Shown: positions 23,249-33,187 of the stretch, one piece after another
Layout of the letters: each line of letters opens with the position of its first letter
Position numbering within the stretch: the stretch's first letter is position 1
Source: an uncultured Acidobacteriota bacterium
GTDB taxonomy: Bacteria > Acidobacteriota > JAQAZP01
NCBI GenBank assembly: GCA_963836075.1
Contig: CAWIIB010000009.1
Span: forward strand, 896,001 to 960,000
DNA length: 64,000 nt
Direction of reading: 5' to 3'
Translations under genes and position numbers: made by a program
Notes under the pieces: model-generated
Database searches by the model: none
What the model saw: the letters and a program-made list of their open reading frames with translations, nothing else
Told to the model about the DNA's origin: nothing

Positions 23249-23748
23249 TCTACGAAATCCAGCTGGACCAGCAGTCCCACCCGGTGGCGGTGAGCGCCGA
23301 TGGAGAGGGACACTACACGGTGAAGGTGGACGACCGCGAATACGTGGTGGATCTCACCGAACCGCAGCCCAACCTCTTTTCCATGATCATCGACGGCACC
23401 TCGTACGAGGTGGGGGTGGACATCGGGGGCGAGGATTGCGGCCTCTACGTCTACGACCAGTTCTTCCAGCTCAAGGTGCTCGACCCGCGGATGATGGCGC
23501 TGCGCGGCAAGGCCGGCGACGACCTGGTGGGCGGCCGGGCCGAGATCCTCTCCCCCATGCCGGGCAAGGTGGTGAAGTTGCTGGTCGGTGCCGGGGATGA
23601 GGTGACCAAGGGCCAGGGTGTGGTGGTGGTGGAGGCGATGAAGATGGAGAACGAGCTGAAATCGCCCAAGGACGGCAAGGTGACCGAAATCCTGGTCGAA
23701 GAGGGCCAGGCGGTTGATGCCAACGCTGTTCTATTGGTTGTGGAGTAA
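23245..23748 (+). CDS. Biotin carboxyl carrier protein with an N-terminal BT-like domain
   Basis: SPMPGKVV and the biotinylation motif EAMKM. Confidence 0.92.
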   Translation: MIYEIQLDQQSHPVAVSADGEGHYTVKVDDREYVVDLTEPQPNLFSMIIDGTSYEVGVDIGGEDCGLYVYDQFFQLKVLDPRMMALRGKAGDDLVGGRAEILSPMPGKVVKLLVGAGDEVTKGQGVVVVEAMKMENELKSPKDGKVTEILVEEGQAVDANAVLLVVE

Positions 23749-23882
23749 GAGAAGAAAAGCAAAACAGGGGGAGGGGTGGATCATTCCGTTCCCACTCCCC
23801 GGCCTCAATACAGACCACTACCCGATGATCAAAAATCTCGAACCGGCATACACGAGATAACATCCCGCTGATTCAGGTCAGG

Positions 23883-26161
23883 CTACGGCACCGTCACGTC
23901 GATGGTCACCGCGTGGGAGTCTGCCGCGCCGGCGGGCGGAAAGGGCGGCTGGTTGTAGGGCGCCGGTGTAACGTCCTCGGCGTGGAGGGTGAACACGTTC
24001 TCGCCGTCCAGCGAGCTGAACGCCGGAAGGTTTATTTTCACACTGGTCTCGAAGCGGTTGTAGGGCGCCACATTGGTGAAGCCGGCCCGGTGGTTGTACA
24101 GGAAAGTGCCGTTGGCCAACAGGGTGTCCAGGCGGAAGGCCAGCCGGCGGTAGAACGCGCAGTTGTTGGCCATGGTCATGCCGAAGTTGACCGAGAAGGG
24201 GGCCGTGCCGCCGGTTAGGGAGCTGCGCAGCTCGGTCACCACCTGGGGGAAGAGGTCCACGCCCTGGGCCACCGAAGGGCTGTTCGGGTCGAGGTAGTTG
24301 ACCCGAAGCTCGACGGGCAGCGGCTGATAGGCGATGATCTCGGTTTCCAGGGCGATCCGGCTGCCGTCGACGATGTAGTTGGTATTGCCGGTGGCCGGCT
24401 CGTCGTCATACAGCACGCTCCACTGCAGCCAGTCATTGTCCGGGTCCGGGGCACAGCCGTCTCCCGGGCCGCAGTATCCCGCCGCCAGAACCGGGAACGG
24501 GTCCCACCAGGCGACCTCCTCGGCCTCGCTTTCATCGAAGACGCCGGTGCGGTAGACCACGCTCGAGTTGGTGGGGTTGGAGAGCAGAGATCTCCCACCG
24601 TTTGCCGGCCGCGCCGGTGAGGTGGACGATGCCCGGCTCGTTGGCCAGGTTGGGGGTGCCGTCGCCATACACATTTGAGCCCAGGCGGCGGGGCATGGTG
24701 GCGCTGAAGGGCAGCTCCTTGAGAAAAAGTGTTTTCATCGTCGACTGGCCCTGGTCGTCCTCGGGCCGGTGGTTCACCAGGTCGGTGTCCACCAGGTAGT
24801 TCCGTGCCGCCTCACCGGTGCCGTGCTTGTACGGCGACGGCGGTGAGTAGGCCGCCGGGTCGAAGTTCTCTTCCGTCATCACCCGGTAGACGAAGTCGCC
24901 GAAAATCTCGGCGAGGCGATCCTTGGGCGTGGGGCCGTGCCCCCCCTGGATGACGAGGAAGGTGGTGTGATCGATGCCCCGCTCGCTGAGCTTGCGGTCC
25001 ATGGTGATGAAGTTGGTCACCGGGAAGAAACTGTCGTGGGTCCCGGCTGCCAGATAGACGTACTTTCCCTGCAGCTGATTGAGGTTGTCGGTCCCCCCCG
25101 CCTCGCCGCCGTAGTCGGGGCAGAGTTGATCCGCCAGGTCGGGGTCGGAGGTGCCGAAGACCGGCGTCAGTGCCGGTTGGGGCGATGATCCCGGGGGTGA
25201 GGTGTGGCTGTACCTGGTACGCGTCCAGCCCACCGTAGAGCCGGTAGAGGTTGGCCAGGTCGGGGTTGGTGGCGATGGGGATTGAGCTCAGTTTGCCCAT
25301 GGCCAGCGGAGGAGAACTGGCGAACACGCCGATCACGTCGTAATAATCCTGCTCTCCGTGAATCACGTTCTCGGCCATGGTCAGAGCGGCAAAGGCGCCC
25401 CGCGAGGAGCCGCGGACAATGACCTTCTCCGGGTCGCACTGACAGAGGATGCGCAGGGCGCGAAACAGCCAGCCGACGGCCGCCCGCGATCCGCTGTTCG
25501 CCCCGATGCAGCCATACCCGCCGGCGTTCCAAACCACATAGATCACCCCGCGGTCGTTGGGGTCGTTGTGATACGACTGGATTGAGGTGAGAAAACCGAG
25601 GGGCAGGGAGTTGCCGCCCGGGTCGAAAATGAAGTCGTTGAGGCTGGTCGTGGCGTATCCGGTGATCTGGACCACCACCGGGTAGCGCCGCTGCGGGTCG
25701 GGGGAGTAGTTCGGGGGAAAGAAGATACTGAAGGCGCTGTTCAGGATCTGGCCGCTTCTTTTCACCACGTAGTTGGGGACCAGCTGTACCGAGTTGATGT
25801 TCTCCTGCAGGAACCCGATATCCGAAACCACCTCTATTCCGTCGATGCCGAAGCTCTGGGCGTATCCGCCGCAACGGGCGCGAAAGGCGTCCAGCTCGCT
25901 CTGCCGAATGCCCACCGGGTCGGTGATCATCCAGTCGTAGTCATTGTATTGCGGAGTGAAGTCAGCACCCCGGCCCGGGTCGGGGCTCGTGCCCACACGT
26001 TCCCAGACGTATCCCTCGTTTAGCTCTTCGTCGTAGTGATAGTTGGTGATCACCACGTAAGGGTCGGCGCCGCCATCATCCCGGGCCACGGCCGCCGCCG
26101 GGAAAAAGAGGGCCAGAACAAGAACCGAGGCCAGCAATGGGCAGGTATACTTCTTCAACAT
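23883..26161 (-). CDS. Secreted alpha/beta-hydrolase-fold protein, split by two frameshifts (about 25190 and 24600)
   Basis: Signal peptide, FPPNY...YPVVV, nucleophile elbow GSSRG, AAGTHD and QGGHG. Three overlapping ORFs join to about 760 aa. Confidence 0.65.
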
Positions 26162-26394
26162 CAACCACTCCTGAAAGTGCAAACTCCGCGGGGGAGGGCC
26201 TGGTCAATCAGCGGGAGGTTCTGAAGGGGGACGTGAACAACCTCTCTCTGTCAGGCAAACTTCGATACTGCTCCCGGGTGTTCGACCCTCCCGGGGCCTG
26301 AACTCTTTAATCTTCGCGACAGTTTCCGTGCGACCCGTACTCTGCGGGCCACCCGAAGCGGAGGGTGCCCCAGCGACACCCCACCGATCCTATT

Positions 26395-26424
26395 AATATA
26401 GGTCTATTTGGTGAAAAAATGCAA
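26395..26424 (-). promoter_or_regulatory. Sigma70-type promoter giving an about 225-nt leader to the hydrolase gene
   Basis: TTGCAT-18-TATATT on the minus strand. Confidence 0.55.
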
Positions 26425-26463
26425 CTAAAGAAATGACGGCAGTTGCGAGGATGGGGGCACCGG

Positions 26464-26961
26464 TCAGAGCTCGTGGAGCGTCCCGTCCACCGAGGGCGGC
26501 AGTTTTTTTCGCAAGCTCTTGAGGCGGGATGAGCCGGTTTCGCCGCCGAAGGGGTCTTCATCGTCCAGCAGCGGGCCCAGCTGTTCCTCGATGGCGTCGG
26601 GGTCCTCGCCGGCCTCCATGCGGCGGATCGCCTCCTCCATCCCGGCCCCCACCGGCATGCCGGCGGCCTCACAGAGCGTGCGCATCATCCGTGCCGCCTG
26701 GCGCGGGTCCTCGCTGTCCATCCCTTCCGCCTCACTGGCCATGGCGGCCATGGCCCGCTCGAGCTTTGCCTCGTCCACTCCGGACAGCGGGTCGTCGGGC
26801 GACTGGGAGCGCCCGGTGGAGATGGCGAAGGACGATGCCTTCCGCTCCAGGCCCGCCCGGCCGCACGTCGGGCAATCGGGACGCTTCTCGGTGTTCACCC
26901 GCCGGGTGAAGAAGTTGAAGATCACGTGGCAGTCGGGACAATAGAATTCATAGATAGGCAT
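26464..26961 (-). CDS. FmdB-family zinc-ribbon protein
   Basis: MPIYEFYCPDC...CPTCG...; C-terminal DPRQAARMMR...RMEAGEDP. Confidence 0.88.
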   Translation of the reverse strand: MPIYEFYCPDCHVIFNFFTRRVNTEKRPDCPTCGRAGLERKASSFAISTGRSQSPDDPLSGVDEAKLERAMAAMASEAEGMDSEDPRQAARMMRTLCEAAGMPVGAGMEEAIRRMEAGEDPDAIEEQLGPLLDDEDPFGGETGSSRLKSLRKKLPPSVDGTLHEL

Positions 26962-27121
26962 GGTGGCCGCTCCGCGTGTTTCGGGAAAACTACCCCATCT
27001 TATCCCAGCTGAACAGCTCAAAACCAGAGCGTGATCGTGACATCCCCGCCCGATTGATGATAGCCTTTGGCCTCCCCCTCGGGGCGCGTCCCCGGGGCAG
27101 TGGTATGTACGGACACGGAGC

Positions 27122-30100
27122 GTGGATATGGTTGTTTTGGACCTGTCTCAGCTGGACCCATTGCAGCGATACCTTCCGCTGGAGCTGGCGGCGCGGCTAA
27201 GGCAACGACTGGCCGGCGAGGGGCCGGCCGCCCCGCCCACGGTGCCCGGCCTGTATGGCAGCAGCCCGGCGTTCTTCTCCGCCCTGCTGGGCAGCCAGTC
27301 CGGAGCGCGGACTGTCCTGCTGGTGGCTCCGGACAACCAGGCGATCGCCGCCCTCGAGCGCGATCTCGCCTTCTACACCGACTGGCTCGACCCGGGCGCC
27401 CGGATCCAGACCTTCCCCATGCCCGAGGTGAGCCCGTATCACGCCCTGCCCCCGCACTTCGGCATCACCCGCGACCGGCTTGCCGCCCTGGCCGCCCTGG
27501 CCGAGGGCGGTGAGGGGCGGACCTACGTGGTGGCCGCGGCAGGGGCCCTGCTGCACCGGACCTATTCACCGAAAGCGTTCGGCGAACAGTACCACCGCAT
27601 CGACGAGGGCCAGGAACTGCCGCCGATGGAGCTGGCGGCCCGGCTGGACAGCATGGGCTACCGCCGGGTGGACATCGTGGTCTCGGTGGGGGATTTTGCC
27701 GTGCGGGGCAATGTCCTCGATTTCTTCCCGGTGACCAGCGAGCAGCCGGTGCGGCTGATCTACTTTGACGACACGGTGGAAGCGATCCGATTCTTCGAGC
27801 CGGAGAGCCAGCGCTCGGTCGGCTCGGTCCCCTCGGTGGGGGTTGTGCCGGCACGGGAGTGGCTGCTCGACGCCGACGGCATCCGGGTCTGGGCCCTGCG
27901 CGCCCGGCGGCGCTGGACCGCAAAGGCGGCCCACCGCGAGCTGGACGAGATGATCGAGACCCTGGAGCAGAGCGGGATCCTCCCCGAGATGGAGGGGCTG
28001 CGGCACCTGCTGGAGGACGGCCCGGGGTGGTCGCTTCTCGACCACCTGAATGACGACACGCCGGTGCTGCTGCTGGAGCCGGAGCTGCTGGACGAAGCGC
28101 TGGCCGCGTACGGGAAGCGGATGGAGGCCGACTATTCCATCGCGCTCCAGGAAGAACGGCTGGCCCTGCCACCGGACGAGATCTTCATCGACACCAACAA
28201 AATCCGGGAGCGCCTCGATGCGGGCCGCTCGCTGCGGCTGGGCGGCAGCGGCGCTCTGATGGAGAGCGCCGGCCAGGGGCCGGGCACCGAGGAGGGGGTG
28301 CGGTTCGGCGGACAGGTCCACCTGGCGGCCGAGGCGGTGCGCAAGGCGCTGAAGAACGGCGACCGGGTCTGTCTGGTGATGCGCACCCGGGGCAAGCGGG
28401 ACCGGCTGACCGGGATCCTCGCCGAGTACGAACTGGCCCCGCGGCGGGAGGAGAACCTCGACCCGGAGACGAGGAATGCCGGGGACTTTCCCGGGGAGAG
28501 GCCCGCGCTCTACCTGCTGGACGGCCACCTCTCCCGGGGCTTCCGCCACAAGGACGCCGGCCTGACCTTCATCACCGACGACGAGATCTTCGGCGCCGCC
28601 GCGGCCGCTGAACGCAAGCGGGAGAAGCGGCGGGGGGCGGCCAGCTTCACCACCGACTTCCGCGACCTCAGCCCCGGCGACCTGATCGTCCACGTGGACC
28701 ACGGCATCGGCCGCTTCGTCGCCCTGCGCACCATGGAGCGAGAGGGCACCCAGGACTTCATGGTGCTGGAATACCGCGGCGGCGACCGGCTGATGGTGCC
28801 ACTGGAGCGGATGGACCTGGTGCAGAAGTACTCCGGCCTCGAGGAGGGGGCGCCGCAGCTGGACCGGCTGGGCGGACAGACCTGGGCCAAGACCAAAGCC
28901 CGGATCAGCAGATCGATGCAGGACATGGCCCGGGAGCTGATCAACCTCTACGCCTCCCGCGACCAGATCCGCGGTTTTGCCTTCAGTCCGGACACCGAGT
29001 GGCAGCGCGAGTTCGAGGAGAGCTTCGAGTACGACGAGACCCCGGACCAGCGCACGGCCATCGACGAGCTGAAGGAGGACATGGAGCGCCCCAAACCCAT
29101 GGACCGCCTGCTCTGCGGCGACGTGGGCTACGGCAAGACCGAAGTGGCCATGCGCTCGGCATTCAAGGCGGTGATGGACGGCAAGCAGGTGGCCATCCTC
29201 TGCCCCACCACCGTGCTGGCCTACCAGCATTTCAAGACCTTCTCCGACCGGCTGGCCCCCTACCCGGTACAGGTGGGCCTGCTCAGCCGCTTCCGCTCCC
29301 CGGCCCAGCAGAAGGAGACGCTCAAGGGCATGGCCGCCGGCGAGCTGGACGTGGTGGTGGGCACCCACCGCCTTTTGTCCGCCGACGTGGAGTTCCGCGA
29401 CCTGGGCCTTTTAGTGGTGGACGAGGAGCAGCGTTTCGGCGTGTCGCACAAGGAGAAGCTGAAGCGGCTCAGGAAGCGGGTGGACGTGCTGACCATGACC
29501 GCCACCCCGATCCCGCGAACCCTGCACATGTCGCTGGTGGGGGTGCGGGACATGAGCGTGATCGAGACTCCGCCGCGGAACCGGCTCTCGATCCACACCA
29601 ACGTGGTGCCCTTCCGCGGCGAGCTGGTGGCCTCGTCGATCCGCAAGGAGCTGGAGCGGGACGGCCAGGTCTACTTCGTGCACAACCGGGTGGCCAGCAT
29701 CCACTCCATGGCCCAGTACGTGCGCCGGCTGGTGCCCGAGGCCAAAGTGGCGGTGGCCCACGGCCAGATGAGCGAGGGGCCGCTGGAAAAGGTGATGCTC
29801 GACTTCATCAACGGTGAGACCAACGTGCTGGTCACCTCGACGATCATCGAGAACGGCCTCGACATCCCGCGGGTCAACACCATCATCGTCAACCGCGCCG
29901 ACCGCTTCGGCCTCTCCCAGCTCTACCAGCTGCGCGGCCGGGTGGGCCGCTCGGACCGCCGGGCATTCGCCTACCTGCTGATCCCCACCAAGCAGGGGCT
30001 GACCCCCATCGCCCGCAAGCGCCTGGCCGCGCTGAAGGAGTTCAGTGACCTGGGCGCCGGGTTCCGCATCGCCGCCCTCGATCTCGAGCTGCGCGGGGCG

Positions 30101-30655
30101 GGCAACCTGCTGGGCCGCGAGCAGCACGGCCAGATCGCGGCCATCGGCTTCGAGCTCTACACCCGGATGCTGCGCCAGGCAGTGGCCCAGCTGAAGGGGG
30201 AGACCCTGCCCGGCGACACCCAGGCCACCATCAGCCTCGGGGTGGACACCCACATCCCCCACGACTTCATCCCCGACGCCACGGTCCGCCTCTCGCTGCA
30301 CAAGCGGCTGGCCTCGGTCTCCGACGAGGTGCAACTGGAGGACCTGCTGGGCGAGATCGAGGACCGCTTCGGCGCCGCCCCCGAGCCGCTGAGGAACCTC
30401 ATCGAGCTGGTCCGTCTCAGGCTGCGCGCCGAGCAGCTGGGCATCGAGAGCGTGGAGAGCGAGGGGCGGACCCTGGCGGTGAAGATCTCGTCGGAGATCT
30501 CTAAGAAACCGGCCATCGACGGCCAGAAGCTGGTCTCGCTGCTCGCCGAGAACGACGACTTCCAGTTCACCGGCGCCGGGGTGCTGACGATGAAGGTCCC
30601 CCCCGGCACGCCCCTGCTCGAGGCCGCGGGCGGCCTCTTGAACCAGCTGGTGTGA
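27122..30655 (+). CDS. mfd: Transcription-repair coupling factor
   Basis: VHVDHGIG, MDRLLCGDVGYGKTE, DEEQRFGV, QLRGRVGR, DLELRGAGNLLG. Confidence 0.98.
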   Translation: MDMVVLDLSQLDPLQRYLPLELAARLRQRLAGEGPAAPPTVPGLYGSSPAFFSALLGSQSGARTVLLVAPDNQAIAALERDLAFYTDWLDPGARIQTFPMPEVSPYHALPPHFGITRDRLAALAALAEGGEGRTYVVAAAGALLHRTYSPKAFGEQYHRIDEGQELPPMELAARLDSMGYRRVDIVVSVGDFAVRGNVLDFFPVTSEQPVRLIYFDDTVEAIRFFEPESQRSVGSVPSVGVVPAREWLLDADGIRVWALRARRRWTAKAAHRELDEMIETLEQSGILPEMEGLRHLLEDGPGWSLLDHLNDDTPVLLLEPELLDEALAAYGKRMEADYSIALQEERLALPPDEIFIDTNKIRERLDAGRSLRLGGSGALMESAGQGPGTEEGVRFGGQVHLAAEAVRKALKNGDRVCLVMRTRGKRDRLTGILAEYELAPRREENLDPETRNAGDFPGERPALYLLDGHLSRGFRHKDAGLTFITDDEIFGAAAAAERKREKRRGAASFTTDFRDLSPGDLIVHVDHGIGRFVALRTMEREGTQDFMVLEYRGGDRLMVPLERMDLVQKYSGLEEGAPQLDRLGGQTWAKTKARISRSMQDMARELINLYASRDQIRGFAFSPDTEWQREFEESFEYDETPDQRTAIDELKEDMERPKPMDRLLCGDVGYGKTEVAMRSAFKAVMDGKQVAILCPTTVLAYQHFKTFSDRLAPYPVQVGLLSRFRSPAQQKETLKGMAAGELDVVVGTHRLLSADVEFRDLGLLVVDEEQRFGVSHKEKLKRLRKRVDVLTMTATPIPRTLHMSLVGVRDMSVIETPPRNRLSIHTNVVPFRGELVASSIRKELERDGQVYFVHNRVASIHSMAQYVRRLVPEAKVAVAHGQMSEGPLEKVMLDFINGETNVLVTSTIIENGLDIPRVNTIIVNRADRFGLSQLYQLRGRVGRSDRRAFAYLLIPTKQGLTPIARKRLAALKEFSDLGAGFRIAALDLELRGAGNLLGREQHGQIAAIGFELYTRMLRQAVAQLKGETLPGDTQATISLGVDTHIPHDFIPDATVRLSLHKRLASVSDEVQLEDLLGEIEDRFGAAPEPLRNLIELVRLRLRAEQLGIESVESEGRTLAVKISSEISKKPAIDGQKLVSLLAENDDFQFTGAGVLTMKVPPGTPLLEAAGGLLNQLV

Positions 30656-30727
30656 GCAATCAGGACCTGCTGGCGAGTTCGGTGAAGTGATGGCCCACAG
30701 GTAATGGAGTGGATGGCGACTGACGAA

Positions 30728-30804
30728 TGGCGAGCCCAACGGGATTTGAACCCGTGCTGCAGGCGTGAAGGGCCGGTGGCCTGATCTGCCTGGAAGATGG
30801 GGTC
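30728..30804 (-). pseudogene. Degenerate tRNA-Glu(UUC)-like sequence
   Basis: Intact T arm ACGGG-TTCAAAT-CCCGT and encoded CCA; anticodon loop CCTTCAC. Defects are C3:C70 and C28:U42 mismatches, C33, and a broken D arm. Confidence 0.65.
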
Positions 30805-30855
30805 GCAGGTGTTTGTGCCGGTCGGCCGTGGAGGCGACCCATGCAATCCGCCGTG

Positions 30856-30930
30856 CCAGCCATCGACGGCCAGAAACGGGTCTCGCTGCTCGCCGAGATC
30901 GACGACTTCTATTTCACCAGTGCCGGGGTG
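30856..30930 (+). repeat. Direct-repeat copy of mfd segment 30509-30583
   Basis: Ungapped hand alignment gives 67 of 75 identical bases. Confidence 0.9.
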
Positions 30931-31099
30931 ACATTCTCGGCCACCGGCACGATTCTGATGCTCCGGGCTTGAATCCCGCTCGCCGGACCGCGGCTTGTCA
31001 CTCGGGAGGTGAGGAGACTACAATATAAGACTATGTTGGTCGGCATGGTAGACATCCGATGACTCCTCTCGAGTGTGAGCGCTCAACGGTGGAGGCCAG

Positions 31100-31405
31100 G
31101 TGAATTTGAAGTGGAAAGCTGTCACATCCGGTGCGTTTCTTATCCTCTCGGCTGTTCTCTTTGGCTTCATGTCCGGGGGATTCCTGGGGTCACGTGTCTT
31201 CGGCGGCAGCGGCATGGGGTGGGACCGGCTGGCCGACGCCCTGGGGGGGATGATGGTCGGGATCCTGGTCTCGACGGTGGCCTCTGTCTTTCTGCTCCTC
31301 CATCTCGACACGCGGAAGAGGTGGATTGCGGGCGCACTGTTTATCGCCGGCGCCCTGCTGGCGTTGATACTTCTCCGCGTCATCCCGCTGGCGCCCATGA
31401 CCTGA
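31100..31405 (+). CDS. Small membrane protein with about three transmembrane segments
   Basis: GGAGG ribosome-binding site before GTG; three hydrophobic stretches. Confidence 0.6.
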   Translation: MNLKWKAVTSGAFLILSAVLFGFMSGGFLGSRVFGGSGMGWDRLADALGGMMVGILVSTVASVFLLLHLDTRKRWIAGALFIAGALLALILLRVIPLAPMT

Positions 31406-31566
31406 AACCACCTCAGGCGCCTCCATTCAACAGAGATGGAACGATCCTCGGCGGCAGCCGGTCGACTGCTTTACATGGCGGCGCCGTCTTGAATAGCCTG
31501 GTATGATATGGTAGCGTCTTTTTCCCGGTTCGGCACCGACCGGCCAGGTGCCGGCGGACCCAGGAG

Positions 31567-32604
31567 TTGCAAGGCAAAATGACCATCAGACCGTTAATAG
31601 TATCCGTGATCACCGCTCTTTTCGTCCTCGCCCTGGTGTGCCCGGCGCCGCCGGCCATGGCCCAGGAAGCGGAGGGAGAGGAGCAGGACTACGTCGTGCT
31701 CGATGACGTGATCGCCTGGGTGGGCAGCGCCTACATCACCCAGTCGGAATACGATTTCGACAAGATGCGCCAGCGGAAGATGCTCGAGCAGAGCAAGCTC
31801 CCCGACGAGCAGAAGGAGAGGGCGCTGATCGACTTCGATCGCAAGGTGTTCGACAGCCTGGTGGAGCGGCTGTTGATCCTGCAGGCCGGTGAAGAGGCCG
31901 GGTTGCGGGTGCCCGATTACGAGATGGATCTCTTCATCGACAACTTCATCCAGCAGAACGAGGGCATCAACTCCCTGGAGGAGCTGGACGAGGCGCTGAA
32001 GCGCTACGGTTCGAACCTCGACTCGTTCAAGCGCGAGAGCCAGCAGGGACTGATGATGGAGAAGGTGCGCAAGAACCTGATCTTCCCCCGAATCAAGATC
32101 ACGGACGAGGAGGTCCGTGAGACGTATATGTCCCATCAGGACAGCTTCCTCATTCCGGCCCAGGTCAGGCTGGAGGAGATCTTCTTCCCGGCCAACGAGC
32201 TCAACAAGGCCCAGGTCCGGGAGCACGCCATTGAGGTCATTGCCGAGCTGCGGACCGGCGAACGGAGCTTCCCCGATACGGCGCGGCTGATTTCCGGCAG
32301 CCCGTCGGCCGACCAGGGCGGCGACCTGGGAATGATCACCCTCGAAGATCTCTCCGGCAGCCTGCGCGAGGTGGTGGATGGCCTGGAGGAGGGCGAGGTG
32401 AGTGACCCGGTGGAGACCGACTCCGGTTACCAGGTCATCAAGGTGGTGGAGAAGCAGGCGGCCACCTTCAAGCCGCTGCTCGAGGTGGAAGAGGTCATCA
32501 GGGACACCCTGTTCAATGAGCGGCAGGTAGCGGAGCAGCAGGCGTTCCTCGACGAACTGCGGGAAAAGGCCTACATCAAGATCTATCCCGAAGAACTTCA
32601 ATAA
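31567..32604 (+). CDS. surA: SurA/PrsA-like parvulin peptidyl-prolyl isomerase chaperone
   Basis: Signal peptide, SurA N domain (DDVIAWV...IT), SADQGGDLG, VSDPVETDSGYQVIKV; typical position after mfd. Confidence 0.8.
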   Translation: MQGKMTIRPLIVSVITALFVLALVCPAPPAMAQEAEGEEQDYVVLDDVIAWVGSAYITQSEYDFDKMRQRKMLEQSKLPDEQKERALIDFDRKVFDSLVERLLILQAGEEAGLRVPDYEMDLFIDNFIQQNEGINSLEELDEALKRYGSNLDSFKRESQQGLMMEKVRKNLIFPRIKITDEEVRETYMSHQDSFLIPAQVRLEEIFFPANELNKAQVREHAIEVIAELRTGERSFPDTARLISGSPSADQGGDLGMITLEDLSGSLREVVDGLEEGEVSDPVETDSGYQVIKVVEKQAATFKPLLEVEEVIRDTLFNERQVAEQQAFLDELREKAYIKIYPEELQ

Positions 32605-32666
32605 CCACTGGCTGGCACCGTGTCGCCGCTGGGATGGCGGGGCGGGCCCGTCTTTTTTTACCATTG

Positions 32667-33038
32667 ATGGACGATCTTCGACTCGATCTCTACCTCAAGC
32701 GTTGCCGGTTGATCAAGCGCCGTGCCATGGCCAACGCCGCCTGCACGCGGGGGCTGATCCTGCTCAACGGCGCCGCGGCGCGGCCGGGAAAGAAAATACG
32801 GGTGGGCGACCGGTTGAACCTGCGACACGGCGGCCGGCTGCTGGAGCTGGAAGTGGTGACGCTGCCTCGCAAGGGGGAGAAAAAGGTGCTGGACGGCGAT
32901 CTGCCATACCGTATCCTCTCCTCCAGTCCGGCCCCGCGGCAGGAGGCGATGGAAGTGGTGTTCCTCTTCGAGGATTTTGAGGAAGAACTGACCCGGCCTT
33001 CTCACAAACCATCTGCTACGGATCCGGATACGCAATGA
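32667..33038 (+). CDS. S4-domain RNA-binding protein (Hsp15/RqcP-like)
   Basis: LRLDLYLKRCRLIKRRAMANAAC...KIRVGD. Confidence 0.88.
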   Translation: MDDLRLDLYLKRCRLIKRRAMANAACTRGLILLNGAAARPGKKIRVGDRLNLRHGGRLLELEVVTLPRKGEKKVLDGDLPYRILSSSPAPRQEAMEVVFLFEDFEEELTRPSHKPSATDPDTQ

Positions 33039-33168
33039 TCTGCGATGCTTTCTTGAATTCGCTCGGTCAACGTAGTGTAAACTACGCCTCCCGTCGCTCA
33101 TTCTTCGAAAGCACCGTATCTCAAGGCGTCTCCGGCTCCTCGCGACGATATTTTGTGAGAAGACCGGG
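32992..33168. repeat. About 177-bp palindromic MITE/RPE-like element overlapping the S4 gene 3' end
   Basis: Terminal inverted repeat cccggccttctcacaaa / tttgtgagaagaccggg, with nested stems ccggatacgc / gcgtctccgg and cgtag / ctacg. Confidence 0.8.
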
Positions 33169-33187
33169 CTAGGGGAAGGCACTGGAA

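Noticed and set aside
30509-30930. Diversity-generating retroelement template/variable repeat pair
   Set aside because: The eight mismatches are not confined to adenines of either copy on either strand, and there is no reverse transcriptase in the window.
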